Source: a virus
Length of the DNA stretch: 64,000 bases
Direction: 5' to 3' (one strand)
IMG/VR virus record: IMGVR_UViG_3300044609_000960
Span: 64,001 to 128,000 of that record
The position numbers and the translations under genes were made by a program. Of this stretch, positions 1 to 12,700 are shown piece after piece. The notes under the pieces were generated by a model. That model had not been told where the DNA came from, searched no databases, and worked only from the letters and a program-made list of their open reading frames with translations. The stretch's first letter is position 1. The number at the start of each line of letters is the position of its first letter.

Positions 1-2
1 CT

Positions 3-3000
3 ACTAAAGACCTAAAACCTATTTGGAAATTAGTATGGAGAAGTGATTCAACTTATCCTAACTCACCAAATGCTATATTAGTTAATGCTATAGACCTAAG
101 GTCCACTGTAGGTAAGGGGGTAGGAGACCATGGTCTTCTCACAGGTACAGATGACGATGATCATCTACAATATTTACATGTCTCTAACTCAAGAAGTGGA
201 ATCACAGCGAATATTTCAACTTCTGGCACATTACAAACTTCTAACACTACACAATCCTCCATTTCTACAGAAGGTGGGGCATATATTGCAGAAAAATTAG
301 GCATAGGAGTTCTTCTACCATCTGTAGAACTAGAGGTAGATGGAGATGCAAAAATTGACTCCTTAGGGCTTCTTGGTAATAATTCCTACAGAACTTATAT
401 CAACTCAGGTCAGTCTCTTACAAGTGATATCACTTATGACCTTCCATCTAACTACGGTGTTAATGGCCAGACTGTGGTCACTGATGGTAATGGCAATCTT
501 ACTTGGGGATCTAGTTATTTTGCTGGTAGCACTTCTATCGTAGTATCTGCTGCTGATGGAAATGATAACAATGACGGAAGTTTACTCCCAGTTAGAACTA
601 TTAAAAAAGCTTGTCAACTTGCAGCAAATAAAGCAAAACCGGTATGTATTTTTGTAAAAGCTGGTGATTATACTGAGCAAAATCCTATCATTGTTCCAGA
701 TGACGTTTCAATTGTGGGGGATAGTTTACGATCTGTTATTATCCGCCCAGCTATTCCAAAGGCAGATATCCTTAGACTTAGGAATGGTTCTTATCTAACA
801 GGTCTAACATTTAGAGACGCTCTAGATGAGGAAGGAGTACCCGACTTTACTTGGAGATACATCGTAGCATTTGATGATCCATTTGATACCTCTGTTTCTA
901 GAGCAGGATACACTGGTCTTCCATCTACCAAACCTACAATCACAAGATCACCTTATATCCAAAACTGTTCCATTATTTCATTCTTGGGTGGTAGTGGAGT
1001 TATTGTCGATGGATCAAAGGTAGTCACTCCAAACATCCCAGATAATCCAGAAGAGGCAGAAAGACCCACCATTGGAGCAGTTCCAGAACAAGGTAAGTCT
1101 ATCGTTGCTAACGCATTTACAATGCTTTCTTTCGGAGGAACGGGATGGCGCGTTGTTAATGATGGTTATACCCAGGTGGTATCTTGCTTCCAAATCTTCT
1201 GTAAGAATGGTACATATTGCCAAGGTGGTGGTTATGCCTCTATCACTAACTCTGCGACAAACCACGGACTTTATGCTCTAAGATCACAAGGATACAGAGC
1301 AGAGTCATTTAACTTCGATAGGGGATATATTTCTGCTCTTTCGATCGTAGATAATAAACAAACCATGCAAGTTCTCGGTACAGGCCGAGAAGTAATCAAT
1401 CACTATATTCTAAAATTCTATAATACTGGAACAAATACCGAGATAACTTCACAATTCAAACAGACACCTATTGAAAAAGTATTTGATCCTAATATTGACG
1501 TAGATTATGCTACTAATGTTATTACGTATAACAACCATGGTTATATCAATCGTCAACAAGTAATCTATAGCGCTAATGGTGGCGCAGAAATTACCGGATT
1601 ATTCGATGAAACTGTTTATTACGTAAATGTAATTGATCCGAATACTTTCAAACTTTTTGACGACGAAGAATTATCCTCAGAGGTTGACCTCGAAACAGGG
1701 ACGTATACTCAAACTCATAAATTAATTACAAACCTTGAAGAGTTTTTTGTAGATGGAGTCATTGAGTATCATAACTTCTACCAAGAACTTACCCTTAGCG
1801 CTGGATCCTATACCTTCAATAAAGGTGAGATTGTAATTGGTACGTCTTTAACTACTACGTCATCGGGTACTGTTTGGAGTTGGAATTCATCTACAAATAA
1901 ACTTATTGTCTCTGTTAATAAGGTCTTAGTTGCTGGGCAACAAGTCCGCCAACAATTCACAAATGGAATGACCTTACAGGACCACTCTGTGACTCCTGTT
2001 ACTGCCACTGTTAATACAAACTTCCGTAGAGAAGATCTCTATACCTCATTATTTAAGACTAATTCAACAAGCCCAGGTAATTCAATCCAGAACTTTGAGA
2101 ATCTAGAGGGTAAGGACATTCACCTCCATCGCCCCTCGATTGTTAACTCATCTGCTCATACTTGGGAATATGCCGGATCTGGAATGGATTATAATGCTCT
2201 GCCTCAAAACGGAGCAAAAAGCATCCCAGCCTATGAACAATTCCAAAACCTTCCCGGTAGAGTCTATTCCTCTGGTACGAATGAACTCGGGGACTTTAAG
2301 ATCGGGGACTCGATTGTCGCTGAGAATAGAACCGGTAATATCTTCTTCAAGCAGACAGTAACAGTTGGTGAACTTTCCTCACTGAAACTGACCATCTCCG
2401 ATATCACCATTGAAGAGATTTCCACCGATGTTGGTCTTGGTGATAATGAGGTGGGTGGAGCATCTAATTCCAGGTTATCCACTCAGTTTGCAATTAGGGG
2501 TTTCTTAGATCAAAAACTAGGTTCTTTCCAAGGAAAAACCGTATCAACTAACTCTATTCCTGGTTCGGTTGTACAACTTAACTCCTCTGGTAAGATCAAC
2601 CTCGACCTTATTCCAGCTGTTAGAACTTTTAATACCTATAAGTTCGAAGGGCAAGATTCTAGACTCGAGGCTTATCTCGACGTGCCCCCAGTAGAGGTGT
2701 TGGCTGGTGATTTTGTTACTGAGAGTGTTAGTGGCAGCGATACTACCTATGTGCTCCAGAGTGATGACATATCTCAATATATTGTTATTGATCCTGCTGA
2801 GACTATTAATCTCACTGGTATTACTCAGATCCACGGTGTTATTTCTAATGCTGATGGTATCATCGATACAAGTTTTGGCACTAATGGTCTAGTTAGTGGA
2901 ATTGTTAATAATACTTCGATTACAAATGGTGGAAGTTTATATACCCCGTCCACCGGAACAGTTACTTACAAGAATATAACTCTTACAAATATAACTGTAG

Positions 3001-6000
3001 CTGGAACACCGTCAGGAGCAAAAGCTACCATCATTGTAACTGATGGAGTAGTGACCTTGGTAGATATGACCAGAGGCGGATCTGGTTACGCCGTTGGAGA
3101 CATTCTATCAGCAAACTCAGCGGATATTGGAGGCACAGGAGCTAACTTTAGACTTACTGTAACAGGTGTCGAAAGAAGACTTTATATTGATCTTGCTGGA
3201 GAGAAAAGAAAGTTTGTAGCTAATTCTGTTGCTCCAGACTTCATCTCTGACGCGGACTCTCCTTCTAAAACTCTAACAAATACCTATTCTTCTGTTACAA
3301 ATTTTAGCGCAGAAGCAACACCCACAGGCGCTATAGATGTAGCAAATGATCAATTTGTTATTACAAATCATGGATTCACAAATGGGGACCTGATTTTCTA
3401 TAGTTCTGGAGTTAATATCCCTGTCGGAGGGTTATTAAGTCAGACTTCCTATTATATCAAAGTCATAAATACTAATACGATAGAACTATTTACGAGTTAT
3501 GACTTAAATCCTTCTAATAAGGTTCAAATTTCGTCCACCTCAACCGGAACGCATTCCTTTACGGTATATGGAGTAAGCACAGATAAAGATACCATTTATC
3601 TTACCTCTCACGGATATACTACAGGAGATGCCGTAAGAATCACAGGAACTGGTTTACCGGCTGGCCTATTTAGTGGTAATTATTACTTTATTGGAAGTAT
3701 TACTACAAATACTTTTACCCTTCATGAATCTAAATCCGCGGCCCTTGACTCTATCAATGGTGTAACAAACTCTGAGGTAAATTTCACATCCCAAGGTACC
3801 AGTACAACAACTTTTAAATCCCTTGATGTAAGAATTATTGGGGCTCTTAATACTTCCTGCAAGGAGTCGGATAATTGGTCGTTCCTTTCTGGTGCAAATA
3901 TCGATGCTAGCAATATTGTCTCTGGTACTATTGCAACTACACGACTCGCCACTTCAGGCACAGCCAATACCGACACTTTCTTAAGAGGAGATCAAACATG
4001 GTCTTATGCTGTTCAGTCTGTCTATATCGACCCTAATAACTCAAATGGTCTTCAGCTCTCCAATGGTGGCACTCATCTCATTACAGGCGGAATTACAGCG
4101 TATCACGGAAACGTAAAGCTAGAGATCGATAATGTAAATGGCACTGAAACTCGTACTGCAGGTTTTACTAATATTGGTGTCGCTGCGTTTAACACTGAGC
4201 AGTTCAATGTCTCTGTTGTTGGTGATGTTTCTGTCAAGAACGGCGTTATTGATGCTGGTACATTAGACGGCCAAGATAGCACTTACTATCTCGATCCATC
4301 AAACCTAATTAGCGCTATTCCAGTCGATAGAGGTGGCACAGGTCATAGTTCATATACTAATGGCCAACTTCTAATTGGTAACTCTAATAACACGCTCACC
4401 AAGGCCACTCTAACTCCCACAACCGATCAAACCACAATTACCAACGGTTCTGGCTCGGTTACTTTGGGTCTTGCAACTAACGTTACTACGTCGAGATTCA
4501 CCTCGACAGTTGCCTCGGGCACATCGCCTCTTACGGTTACATCCAATACTTTATGCGCTAACCTTAACTCCGATCTACTTGATGGACAAGAAGGAACCTA
4601 TTATCTAAACTACTCCAACTTCACCAATACTCCAGACCTTACTAAGACCTTGACGATGAACACGTCTGGTATAGGATTGAGTGGAAGTGCTACCTATTCT
4701 GCCAATACAGCAAGTAATATCACCTTCACGGTGACGTCTAACGCTACTGCGGTGAACACGGCAAGCACAATCGTTTCTAGAGATGCTAGTGGGAATTTTA
4801 GTGCTGGGACAATTACAGCTAATCTAACAGGAACTGCTTCGTTAGTAGGGATTACTGATGATACATCAACTAACACTACGCATTACATCCACTTCGGTGA
4901 TGCAACTTCCGGTGGAGATAATGTAAAGGTCTCTAGTACCAAGTTTGTATTTAACCCAAGTACTTCAAGAATTGGACTTGGTACTCCCTCGCCGGAAGCT
5001 AAACTAGATATAAGAGGCGACGGGAACGTATTGAATCTTGCACCAGATACTAGTGGAAGTTACACACTTATAAATTTCAATTCCAGAGTTAACTTTGGAA
5101 GCGATAAGGGATTTATTCTAACACAAGACGAAAGTTCAAACTGTGTTGGAACAGGCAATGAAGATCTACGTATGGTCATTGGTGTTCACAATGACTTTAG
5201 AAGCAACACAACTCACTCGGATGAACTATGGTTCCAAGGTGGCGGAAGATTAGTACAGAATGTGGGGTCATGGGATAGTGAACTTAATACTATTATAGGA
5301 ACACCGGGAGCAGGAACTGCAAATGGTGGTCCTCAATATGAATGGAGAATTAACAACTCTCCAGTTATTAACATTTTAAATAATGGAAATTTTGGTATTG
5401 GGATTCAAAATCCTGGACATAAATTATCTGTTAATGGTGATTTTAGAATTTCATCTACAGCCAATCTTGGAACAACTGCGGGTAACTCATTAACTCTAGG
5501 AGATATTACCTACTCCAATGGCAATCAAAGTTATTTTAGATTTAAAGCAACAAGACTAGCGGACGGAACTAATTGGACTACAGCTTCTAATAAAATAGTA
5601 TGCGTTACTGATGTTACAGAGCAAGGTTATATTGAATTCAATCCACCTAATGATAATTACGGCATTGGATTAGGTCAAGGATCTAATGAGTACCTAAGGA
5701 TAAAAAATGGTGGCAATGTTGGTATAGGAACTACAAATCCCGGCTATAAACTTGAGGTCAATGGGTCATTTGCTGCCACCACTAAGTCGTTCGTCATCGA
5801 TCACCCAACCAAACCCGATCATAAACTCCGTTATGGATCACTCGAAGGTCCTGAAAATGGCGTCTATATCCGTGGTAGGTCCAAAGAGTTTGTCATAGAA
5901 TTACCAGAATACTGGACAAAACTAGTCGATCCTGACTCAATCACTGTCAATCTCACCCCTATCGGCAAAACTCAAACGCTCTGGGTTAAAGATATAAGAG

Positions 6001-6119
6001 ATAATAAGATCTATCTCGGATCAAAATGTTCCGAGATCAATTACTTCTACATGGTGCTTGCGGAGCGGGCTGATGTAGATAAGCTTGAAGTTGAGATTCC
6101 TAATGGCAATAGCTTATAA
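3..6119 (+). CDS. Long tail fibre / large virion structural protein, 5'-partial
   Basis: The frame is open from base 3 (TKDLKPIWK...DHGLLTGTDDDDHLQYLH), so the true start lies upstream of the window. It has a beta-helix-like N region (SPYIQNCS, RPSIVNSSAHTWEYAG), three HGY/HGF-type repeats, two LDGQxxTYYL motifs, three GxGxxxP..KL.V.G junction motifs near the C-terminus and a terminal KSFVIDHP...LEGPENGVYIRG domain typical of phage fibres. Confidence 0.85.
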   Translation, partial: TKDLKPIWKLVWRSDSTYPNSPNAILVNAIDLRSTVGKGVGDHGLLTGTDDDDHLQYLHVSNSRSGITANISTSGTLQTSNTTQSSISTEGGAYIAEKLGIGVLLPSVELEVDGDAKIDSLGLLGNNSYRTYINSGQSLTSDITYDLPSNYGVNGQTVVTDGNGNLTWGSSYFAGSTSIVVSAADGNDNNDGSLLPVRTIKKACQLAANKAKPVCIFVKAGDYTEQNPIIVPDDVSIVGDSLRSVIIRPAIPKADILRLRNGSYLTGLTFRDALDEEGVPDFTWRYIVAFDDPFDTSVSRAGYTGLPSTKPTITRSPYIQNCSIISFLGGSGVIVDGSKVVTPNIPDNPEEAERPTIGAVPEQGKSIVANAFTMLSFGGTGWRVVNDGYTQVVSCFQIFCKNGTYCQGGGYASITNSATNHGLYALRSQGYRAESFNFDRGYISALSIVDNKQTMQVLGTGREVINHYILKFYNTGTNTEITSQFKQTPIEKVFDPNIDVDYATNVITYNNHGYINRQQVIYSANGGAEITGLFDETVYYVNVIDPNTFKLFDDEELSSEVDLETGTYTQTHKLITNLEEFFVDGVIEYHNFYQELTLSAGSYTFNKGEIVIGTSLTTTSSGTVWSWNSSTNKLIVSVNKVLVAGQQVRQQFTNGMTLQDHSVTPVTATVNTNFRREDLYTSLFKTNSTSPGNSIQNFENLEGKDIHLHRPSIVNSSAHTWEYAGSGMDYNALPQNGAKSIPAYEQFQNLPGRVYSSGTNELGDFKIGDSIVAENRTGNIFFKQTVTVGELSSLKLTISDITIEEISTDVGLGDNEVGGASNSRLSTQFAIRGFLDQKLGSFQGKTVSTNSIPGSVVQLNSSGKINLDLIPAVRTFNTYKFEGQDSRLEAYLDVPPVEVLAGDFVTESVSGSDTTYVLQSDDISQYIVIDPAETINLTGITQIHGVISNADGIIDTSFGTNGLVSGIVNNTSITNGGSLYTPSTGTVTYKNITLTNITVAGTPSGAKATIIVTDGVVTLVDMTRGGSGYAVGDILSANSADIGGTGANFRLTVTGVERRLYIDLAGEKRKFVANSVAPDFISDADSPSKTLTNTYSSVTNFSAEATPTGAIDVANDQFVITNHGFTNGDLIFYSSGVNIPVGGLLSQTSYYIKVINTNTIELFTSYDLNPSNKVQISSTSTGTHSFTVYGVSTDKDTIYLTSHGYTTGDAVRITGTGLPAGLFSGNYYFIGSITTNTFTLHESKSAALDSINGVTNSEVNFTSQGTSTTTFKSLDVRIIGALNTSCKESDNWSFLSGANIDASNIVSGTIATTRLATSGTANTDTFLRGDQTWSYAVQSVYIDPNNSNGLQLSNGGTHLITGGITAYHGNVKLEIDNVNGTETRTAGFTNIGVAAFNTEQFNVSVVGDVSVKNGVIDAGTLDGQDSTYYLDPSNLISAIPVDRGGTGHSSYTNGQLLIGNSNNTLTKATLTPTTDQTTITNGSGSVTLGLATNVTTSRFTSTVASGTSPLTVTSNTLCANLNSDLLDGQEGTYYLNYSNFTNTPDLTKTLTMNTSGIGLSGSATYSANTASNITFTVTSNATAVNTASTIVSRDASGNFSAGTITANLTGTASLVGITDDTSTNTTHYIHFGDATSGGDNVKVSSTKFVFNPSTSRIGLGTPSPEAKLDIRGDGNVLNLAPDTSGSYTLINFNSRVNFGSDKGFILTQDESSNCVGTGNEDLRMVIGVHNDFRSNTTHSDELWFQGGGRLVQNVGSWDSELNTIIGTPGAGTANGGPQYEWRINNSPVINILNNGNFGIGIQNPGHKLSVNGDFRISSTANLGTTAGNSLTLGDITYSNGNQSYFRFKATRLADGTNWTTASNKIVCVTDVTEQGYIEFNPPNDNYGIGLGQGSNEYLRIKNGGNVGIGTTNPGYKLEVNGSFAATTKSFVIDHPTKPDHKLRYGSLEGPENGVYIRGRSKEFVIELPEYWTKLVDPDSITVNLTPIGKTQTLWVKDIRDNKIYLGSKCSEINYFYMVLAERADVDKLEVEIPNGNSL

Positions 6120-6753
6120 TCCTCAGATAGTTACAAGTGGTTTAATACTCTGCCTGGATGCAGGGAACACAAAATCCTATCCTGGCACTGGGATCACTTG
6201 GATTGACTTGAGTGATAATAAATACATAGCCACAATGAGAAATCTTACATCGTCAAATTGGGTTTTAATCGACGGACAAAGGGCATTTGAAACAAATGAT
6301 ACACCTAATCAAGGATTTACTATATCCAATTTTGTTAGACCCGGTACTCAGAGGACATATAGTATTTGGTTAAAATCAAAATCATTTTCTATTGGATGGC
6401 AGACTTGGTTTGATGATGAAAATGAAAGAATTTTATTTGGAACTCAAACAAATACAGTTCATATTTATCCAGATGTTAATTTATCAGCAAATTTACAAAT
6501 TAATACTTGGTATAATTTAGCATATACTTTATCAGGGACAACTGCTATTGGATACGTAAATGGAATTTCTATAGGAAGTGGAACTTATACCACGGCATTA
6601 TCAGGTGGAACAGGAAATTTATGGATATTAGGCGACCCTGGAGGTGAGGTTACAAGTTGTTATTGTTCCTGCGCCTCGGTCTATAATAGGGCACTTACAG
6701 CATCTGAGATCCAGCAGAACTTCATCGCTCTCCGCGGCCGTTTCGGAATCTGA
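6103..6753 (+). CDS. Concanavalin A-like lectin (LamG) domain protein, probable fibre-tip adhesin
   Basis: ATG at 6103 gives MAIAYNPQIVTSGLILCLDAGNTKSYPGTG...WYNLAYT...YVNG...VYNRALTASEIQQNF, the classic cyanophage LamG termini. It overlaps the fibre stop by 17 nt. Confidence 0.85.
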   Translation: MAIAYNPQIVTSGLILCLDAGNTKSYPGTGITWIDLSDNKYIATMRNLTSSNWVLIDGQRAFETNDTPNQGFTISNFVRPGTQRTYSIWLKSKSFSIGWQTWFDDENERILFGTQTNTVHIYPDVNLSANLQINTWYNLAYTLSGTTAIGYVNGISIGSGTYTTALSGGTGNLWILGDPGGEVTSCYCSCASVYNRALTASEIQQNFIALRGRFGI

Positions 6754-6761
6754 GTTTAAAG
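6754..6761 (+). promoter_or_regulatory. Putative phage late promoter GTTTAAAG
   Basis: Exact motif directly after the TGA and 29 nt before ATG 6791; it recurs before many structural genes. Confidence 0.75.
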
Positions 6762-6790
6762 ACACTATATATAGCGTATAGTGTCACTCC

Positions 6791-9700
6791 ATGGCAGCAT
6801 CCGACAAGAATATTTTAATCTCACCTCAAAGGGGTTCGACTACTCAGGTCCCCTCTATTGTCTTCACTGGAGATGGTAATGATCCGATTACTCTTAGAGT
6901 ACTTGATGGGGTTCCTGGTGCCTTAAGCTTTGAGGGAGGTGCAGGGCAATTATTTAGTCTCACCGATAATCTTACCTCTGGATCCATCTTCTCTGTTAAT
7001 GATGTCTCAGGGCTTCCTAGTATTGATGTAAATGCTTCAGGTCTTATTCAAATCGCCCCATTGGGGGGAACTGTAGCAATAGGTAAAAGTACTGTTGTAG
7101 CCGGAAGAACCGTTGATATCAAAGGAAATACACATATCGATGGTACATTAACAAGTACTGATATTAGATTTTCTATTATCTATGATTCTAATGACTCAGC
7201 TTATTATGCTGATTTTAATGGAACAACTAGACTTAATAATCTCCATTCAAACATAGCTACATTTGGTTCTAGGGCTAATAGCTCAAATTTTGGTGGGAAT
7301 ACTGGCGGTCTGTCTGGTGTATCTCAGGTACTCGAAGTTAGGGCTAATGGAAGTATTCCATTAATGACCTGGCATTATGAGAACATAGCTACAAGGCACA
7401 TAGGTCTAGACTCTTCTGGATTCTTACAAGTCTATAATCCCAATGAAGCTGGGGGATCTGTGCTTCAGGCCAACTCGAGTCTAAGAGCTCCCATCTTCTA
7501 TGATTCTAATGACACTGGATATTACATCGATCCCAACTCGACCTCAAACTTTGTTAGACAATACTTAACTTATAATAGCGCCTCTGGACTAGCTAACGGC
7601 TCATTCAATGTCTCTTCTGCCACTATAGGTGGATTACATTTTACAAACGGAAGCGGTGTTAGTGGAAGTGGTAATCAAGCAGCTATAACATTTATGGGAA
7701 GTTCAGCTTCCCAGGCTCAAGCGGGAATCTACGTCCATAACAATAATTCCGAAGGAACTCACATGGCTCTCTGTACTACAGATAGCTATGCGACTGGACC
7801 ACAGATAGGACTTAGAATAATGAATAGTGGTTATTCACTATTCCCTAGATCCTATGTTGAGGCGACCGGGTCATTTAGAGCTCCGATATTCTATGATTCT
7901 AATAATACTGGTTACTATGTCGATCCAGCTTCGCAGACTAATCTCAACTATCTGAGATTAGCAAATAATAATTCAATTTATTTCTCAACAACATTAACTG
8001 CCGAATTCAACCACGACAGTGATTCCACTCCTGTCGCCTTTAACATGATCAAGAGCGGAAATAGTATTACTGATAGTAATAACTATGGAGTCCTTTCTCT
8101 TGTAAGAAGAAACCATAATAACTCTGCAACTTCCGCCGGTGCTGGCCTCTACTTTGTCCTCAAGGATGATGGTGGCACTGATAGAGAATACGCCGGGATC
8201 TACGGAAAGAAAACTGTTGCTGGGGCGTCCGGTGGCGAGTTAGTGTTCATGAACTATGGCAGAAATGAAGTTGCCTATTGTAATTCTGATTTCTTCTCGC
8301 ATACTTCGGATATAAGAACACCGATCTTCTACGACTCAAATGATACAGGGTTTTATTTAGATCCAGCTTCTAAATCCAGATTAAACACTCTGTCCCTATC
8401 TGACGATAGAACCCTCTCCTACCCTGGAATCCTAAACCTTGGCAGCATCTCATATAACTACAACTTCCTAAACGGATCTTGGTCTTCCTCTATCACGGCT
8501 GGGATCATGGCGCATTGCGCCGATCAATGGGAAATTGCTATCCATGACTCCGGTACTAGAGTAGTATCTCCGTTCCTATTTGATGGAGGAAGTAATCACC
8601 GATTACTCATGGGTCGCGACATTGGATGGGGAACAATGTATATCGAGGCGGCTAATTCATTTAGAGCGCCTATTTTCTACGACTCTAATGACACTGCGTA
8701 CTATCTAGATGCCGCTAGTTCTACCACGTCGCTCTCGATCGCTGGCGCAATAGAGCAGGGTCCTAATTTCGCCCATCCAAACATCGAATGGAGCGCCTCA
8801 GGAACCTCCACCGGAATGGTGATTTTCCGTCTTCCTGGTGGAACTGGGAACTATGGCATGGTGCATATGGTATTCGATTATTACGAATACAATAGCCCTA
8901 GGACTGCAACTATTATCGTTGGTGGACATAACTGGAACGGAGCTTGGTATAACGTTGCATGTAATGTTGCAGGATTTATTGATAAAATAGTACGAGTTGG
9001 AGTTAAGGACGGGCAATATTGCGTTGTATTTGGCGAAGCAGGAAGCTCTTGGAGTTATGGCACTATTAGACTAAGAAAGATTCACAATGGTTCTTTCTAT
9101 AATAATATTATGGATTTAGGGGGCGTTTATTCGGCTTCCCAAACAACAACCGAGTCTTTTTCTAATATTTCTGCGGATATAAGAGAATCAAGAACTTCTG
9201 GGGCATTTATTGCATCTACAATAACTGCTTCTACGTCTGCTTCGGCTCCAATTTATTACGATTCTAATAATACTGCTTATTACACTGATCCAAATGGTCA
9301 ATCTTCACTTTGGGGCGTCGCAATAAGAGGGGACTATGGGTCCACGAACACTGATAATCAAATTTTCTTTTGGGGCGCTGGAAATACAACTACTTCTGCG
9401 ATAGGATTTAAAGCAAATGGCGGATCCTTTGGAAATCCTACAGGAACCGGTGATGGATATAACACGTACTTTACCATGGATACCGATGGTAGGGGATGGG
9501 TGTTTAGAAGAGGAGTTGGTGGAACTGATTTCAATTCTGCCTACAATTCTGGATGGATTTTAAATAATGGCGTTTGGCAAGCAAATAGCAGCATGAGAGC
9601 GCCAATATTTTATGATTCGAATAATACCGGATATTATACAGACCCAGCTTCAACATCAATTTTAAATTCATTAACAATAAATGGTACATTAAATGCATAT

Positions 9701-12700
9701 TCAAACGCAATAGTTGTTAATAGAATTAATTTTAGAGATACTTCAGGTTCGGCCGATAGCGATCCATACTGCCTAAGATGGATGGATGAGAGCGCCAATG
9801 GTGGATTGAGTTGGTTAGAACTTCAGATGAATGATGATTCTAACGAAGAGTTCAGAATCTACGGAAATTCTTGCAGTGGGTATGGATGTGGAGAAATATC
9901 AGGAAATCTTTATCATAGATTTAGAGCGGATGGCTGGGCATGGCATTCTAACTATGTAGAGGGAGGTAGTAGTGTAAGAGGACCTATTTTTTATGATTCC
10001 AATGATACTGGGTATTATGTAGATCCAGCATCCACAACCCAACTTAATGTAGCTAGGTTTGCAAGTGGTGGATATACAAAAACCTATTCATTTACCCCAG
10101 CAGGTACAAAGGGATCAGGTAACTATGTTTGGGTTAGAGCCTCGATGGGTGGATTTAACGCAGGTGGGGATACTGTAAGATTCACAATAACCCGCTCTAT
10201 TAATGATAATGGTAATGATCCTTATGGTGGTTGCACGGCTGATTTCACTGCTCACTCCAGAGAATGGCATGGTGGCCAAGAAACTTGCACAGTATTCTAT
10301 ACACAACATGGTAGTGCTCCATACGGTCAATATATTACTAACGCGGGTCCAAGAGATCTAGCTGGAAACGGTTATTGGTTCTATATGAGGGTCCTTCAAG
10401 GCGTGACCTATAAAGTCTATGTTCACGCTGAGTCGGGGCCAATGGGTAATTTTGATCCGGCTTCTCAGACTGACCCAGGAAGCGTACCAGCTGTCTATAC
10501 TGGATTTAATATACTCGGAAGTGGTGGTAATTCTGCAGATTTTGTAGCCCAGAATAACTCTTTTGGACTTTCTAGTGTAAGAGCTCCAATATTCTATGAC
10601 TATAATGATACCGGATTTTATGATGATCCTGCTTCTACCTCTAATTTAAATCTCGTACAAACCAGGGATCTTAGAGCACTTGGTCAGATCAGAGCTACTG
10701 GTTGGTATAACTCAAATAGTGGATCTCATACTGGTCCCGCTATTGAAATTGGAGTGAGTTCTCCTGGTAGTAGCAATGGGTACATTCTCGCTTATAATAG
10801 AGATAATAGTTCATATATAAATATGAATTTCAATGCCACCGCATTTAATTTCGGTGGGCAGAGCGGCGGATTTCTTAACTGTGATACCAGTATAAGGTCA
10901 CCGATCTTTTACGACTCTAATGACACTGGATATTATCTCGATCCAAATGCAGACAGATCCACAAACATCAATGGATTCTCATCCAGAACTGTAGAATATA
11001 CAAAGGGAACGTATAAATACAACACTCCAAGACCAATTCATACTTCCGACACAAACTATTGGACCGGGACTATGGGTTGGGGTACCACCGATTTTAATAA
11101 TGTAATGACCTGGGGATCTGGGTTCTTTGATACCTGGAGTTCTCCGTCTAATAGTCCAGGCGATACTTCACATTGGGTAGGTGTTCAGGCTTACCATTAT
11201 GTAAATGCGGCAAATAGCGGATATGGTTGGCAACTTGCTGGTGGAGTTACTGATTCTCTATGGTGGAGACATTCTTGGCCAAATAATAGTTCTTGGTTCA
11301 AGGTTGCGATGTATAATAACAACGCAAATACATCTACATTCTATTCTACTCTTTATTATGATTCAAATGATTCAGGATACTATCTAGATCCTAATTCAAC
11401 TAGTGACTCAGCTCTTAGGATAAGAGGAGGAGCTCTGCATGGTCCTAACTCAAGTTGGGGAGCATATTTACTCGTTGGAGGGGACGGTAGACAAAATTAT
11501 ACTAATAATACTACCACGGCCTCAGTATGTACTACAAACGGAAATCTCCATATAGATGCTGCTAGTGGATTTAATACATATATCAACCATTATGATGGAA
11601 ACATAATCTATTTTGGTAATGGTTCAAATGGCAACTGGGGAGAATGGTCGGGTAGTAATTTCATAGCATATGGACCGGTTTACGGAACTATATACTATGA
11701 TCGTGATAATAGTAGTTATTACTTAAATCCCCATAATGCCTCTAGATTAAATCTTCTTACCTCAGATTCAACGATTTCTTATAACGGTTATGAAACAGGT
11801 TACTCTGGTTCTAATAGTAACTTACCTAGAACAAATCGACCTTATGCTTTTGGTTTCCAAGAGAGTGGAGCTTGGTCTGGTACCTATCCAGATCTTGTAC
11901 TTCAATATCATACCGGAGTAACACTTGCTGGTAATGCGAGTTATGACGGTATAACATTTAAGGCCGATTTTAGCGATGATACCGTAATCTTCAGAGTTAA
12001 TGGTGGATCAAACTACCTATATAAATATCGGTGGATGTACACTACCTCAGATGGTTTCTACTCCGATACTAATAACGCCCATTGGAACCCGAACGTATCT
12101 AGCAGTTATGGTTCATGGAGAATGATTGGAGGTAGAAATGGTTGGACTGGTATCTATTTTGAGAATGCTGGAAATCAAGTCAATCACCTCATGTTTGATA
12201 CCAGTAATAATGGTGGATTCTACTCACAAAGTTCTGCTAGATGGTGGTTATATTACAATTACGGGAATAATTGTTGGGGAGTTGGAACCTCTACCACTAA
12301 TTCTGCGTACAATATCTATTGTCCAACAGGGGTTTATTCTGCAGGACGTGTAGATGGATCGATCTTTTATGATAGTAATGATACTCAATATTACATCGAT
12401 GGAAATAGCGAATCTAGACTTTATAGGCTGAGAGTTGGTCCATATGCTGGATCTGTTCAGAGCGGAGGTCAGACTGGGCTCGAATTAGTTAACACCGGAG
12501 GTACTGGAGATGGTAATGTAGCAGCGATGTCTTTCCATTGCTCTGGATATTATGCAATGCACCTGCACCTCCGGCACGATGGTTACTTCGGGGCCGGCGG
12601 ATGGTCTGCTTCCACCTGGCGTTGGTACGTTAACATGACAAATGGCGATATGACCGCCGTGGGTAACGTTACAGCGTACTCAGACATTAGACTCAAAGAA

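Noticed and set aside
474-476. ORF-track start (GTG 474) of the first fibre
   Set aside because: The frame is open back to base 3 with fibre-like sequence, so the gene is truncated by the window edge.
6777-6787. GTGACACTATA on the minus strand, resembling part of the SP6 promoter
   Set aside because: Only a partial match, single copy, explained by the local inverted repeat; no single-subunit RNAP here.
7166-12400. Repeat-spacer pattern as a CRISPR array, DGR or shufflon
   Set aside because: The repeats are in-frame, synonymously diverged and hundreds of nt apart; no cas, reverse transcriptase, adenine-specific TR/VR pair or invertase was seen in the window.
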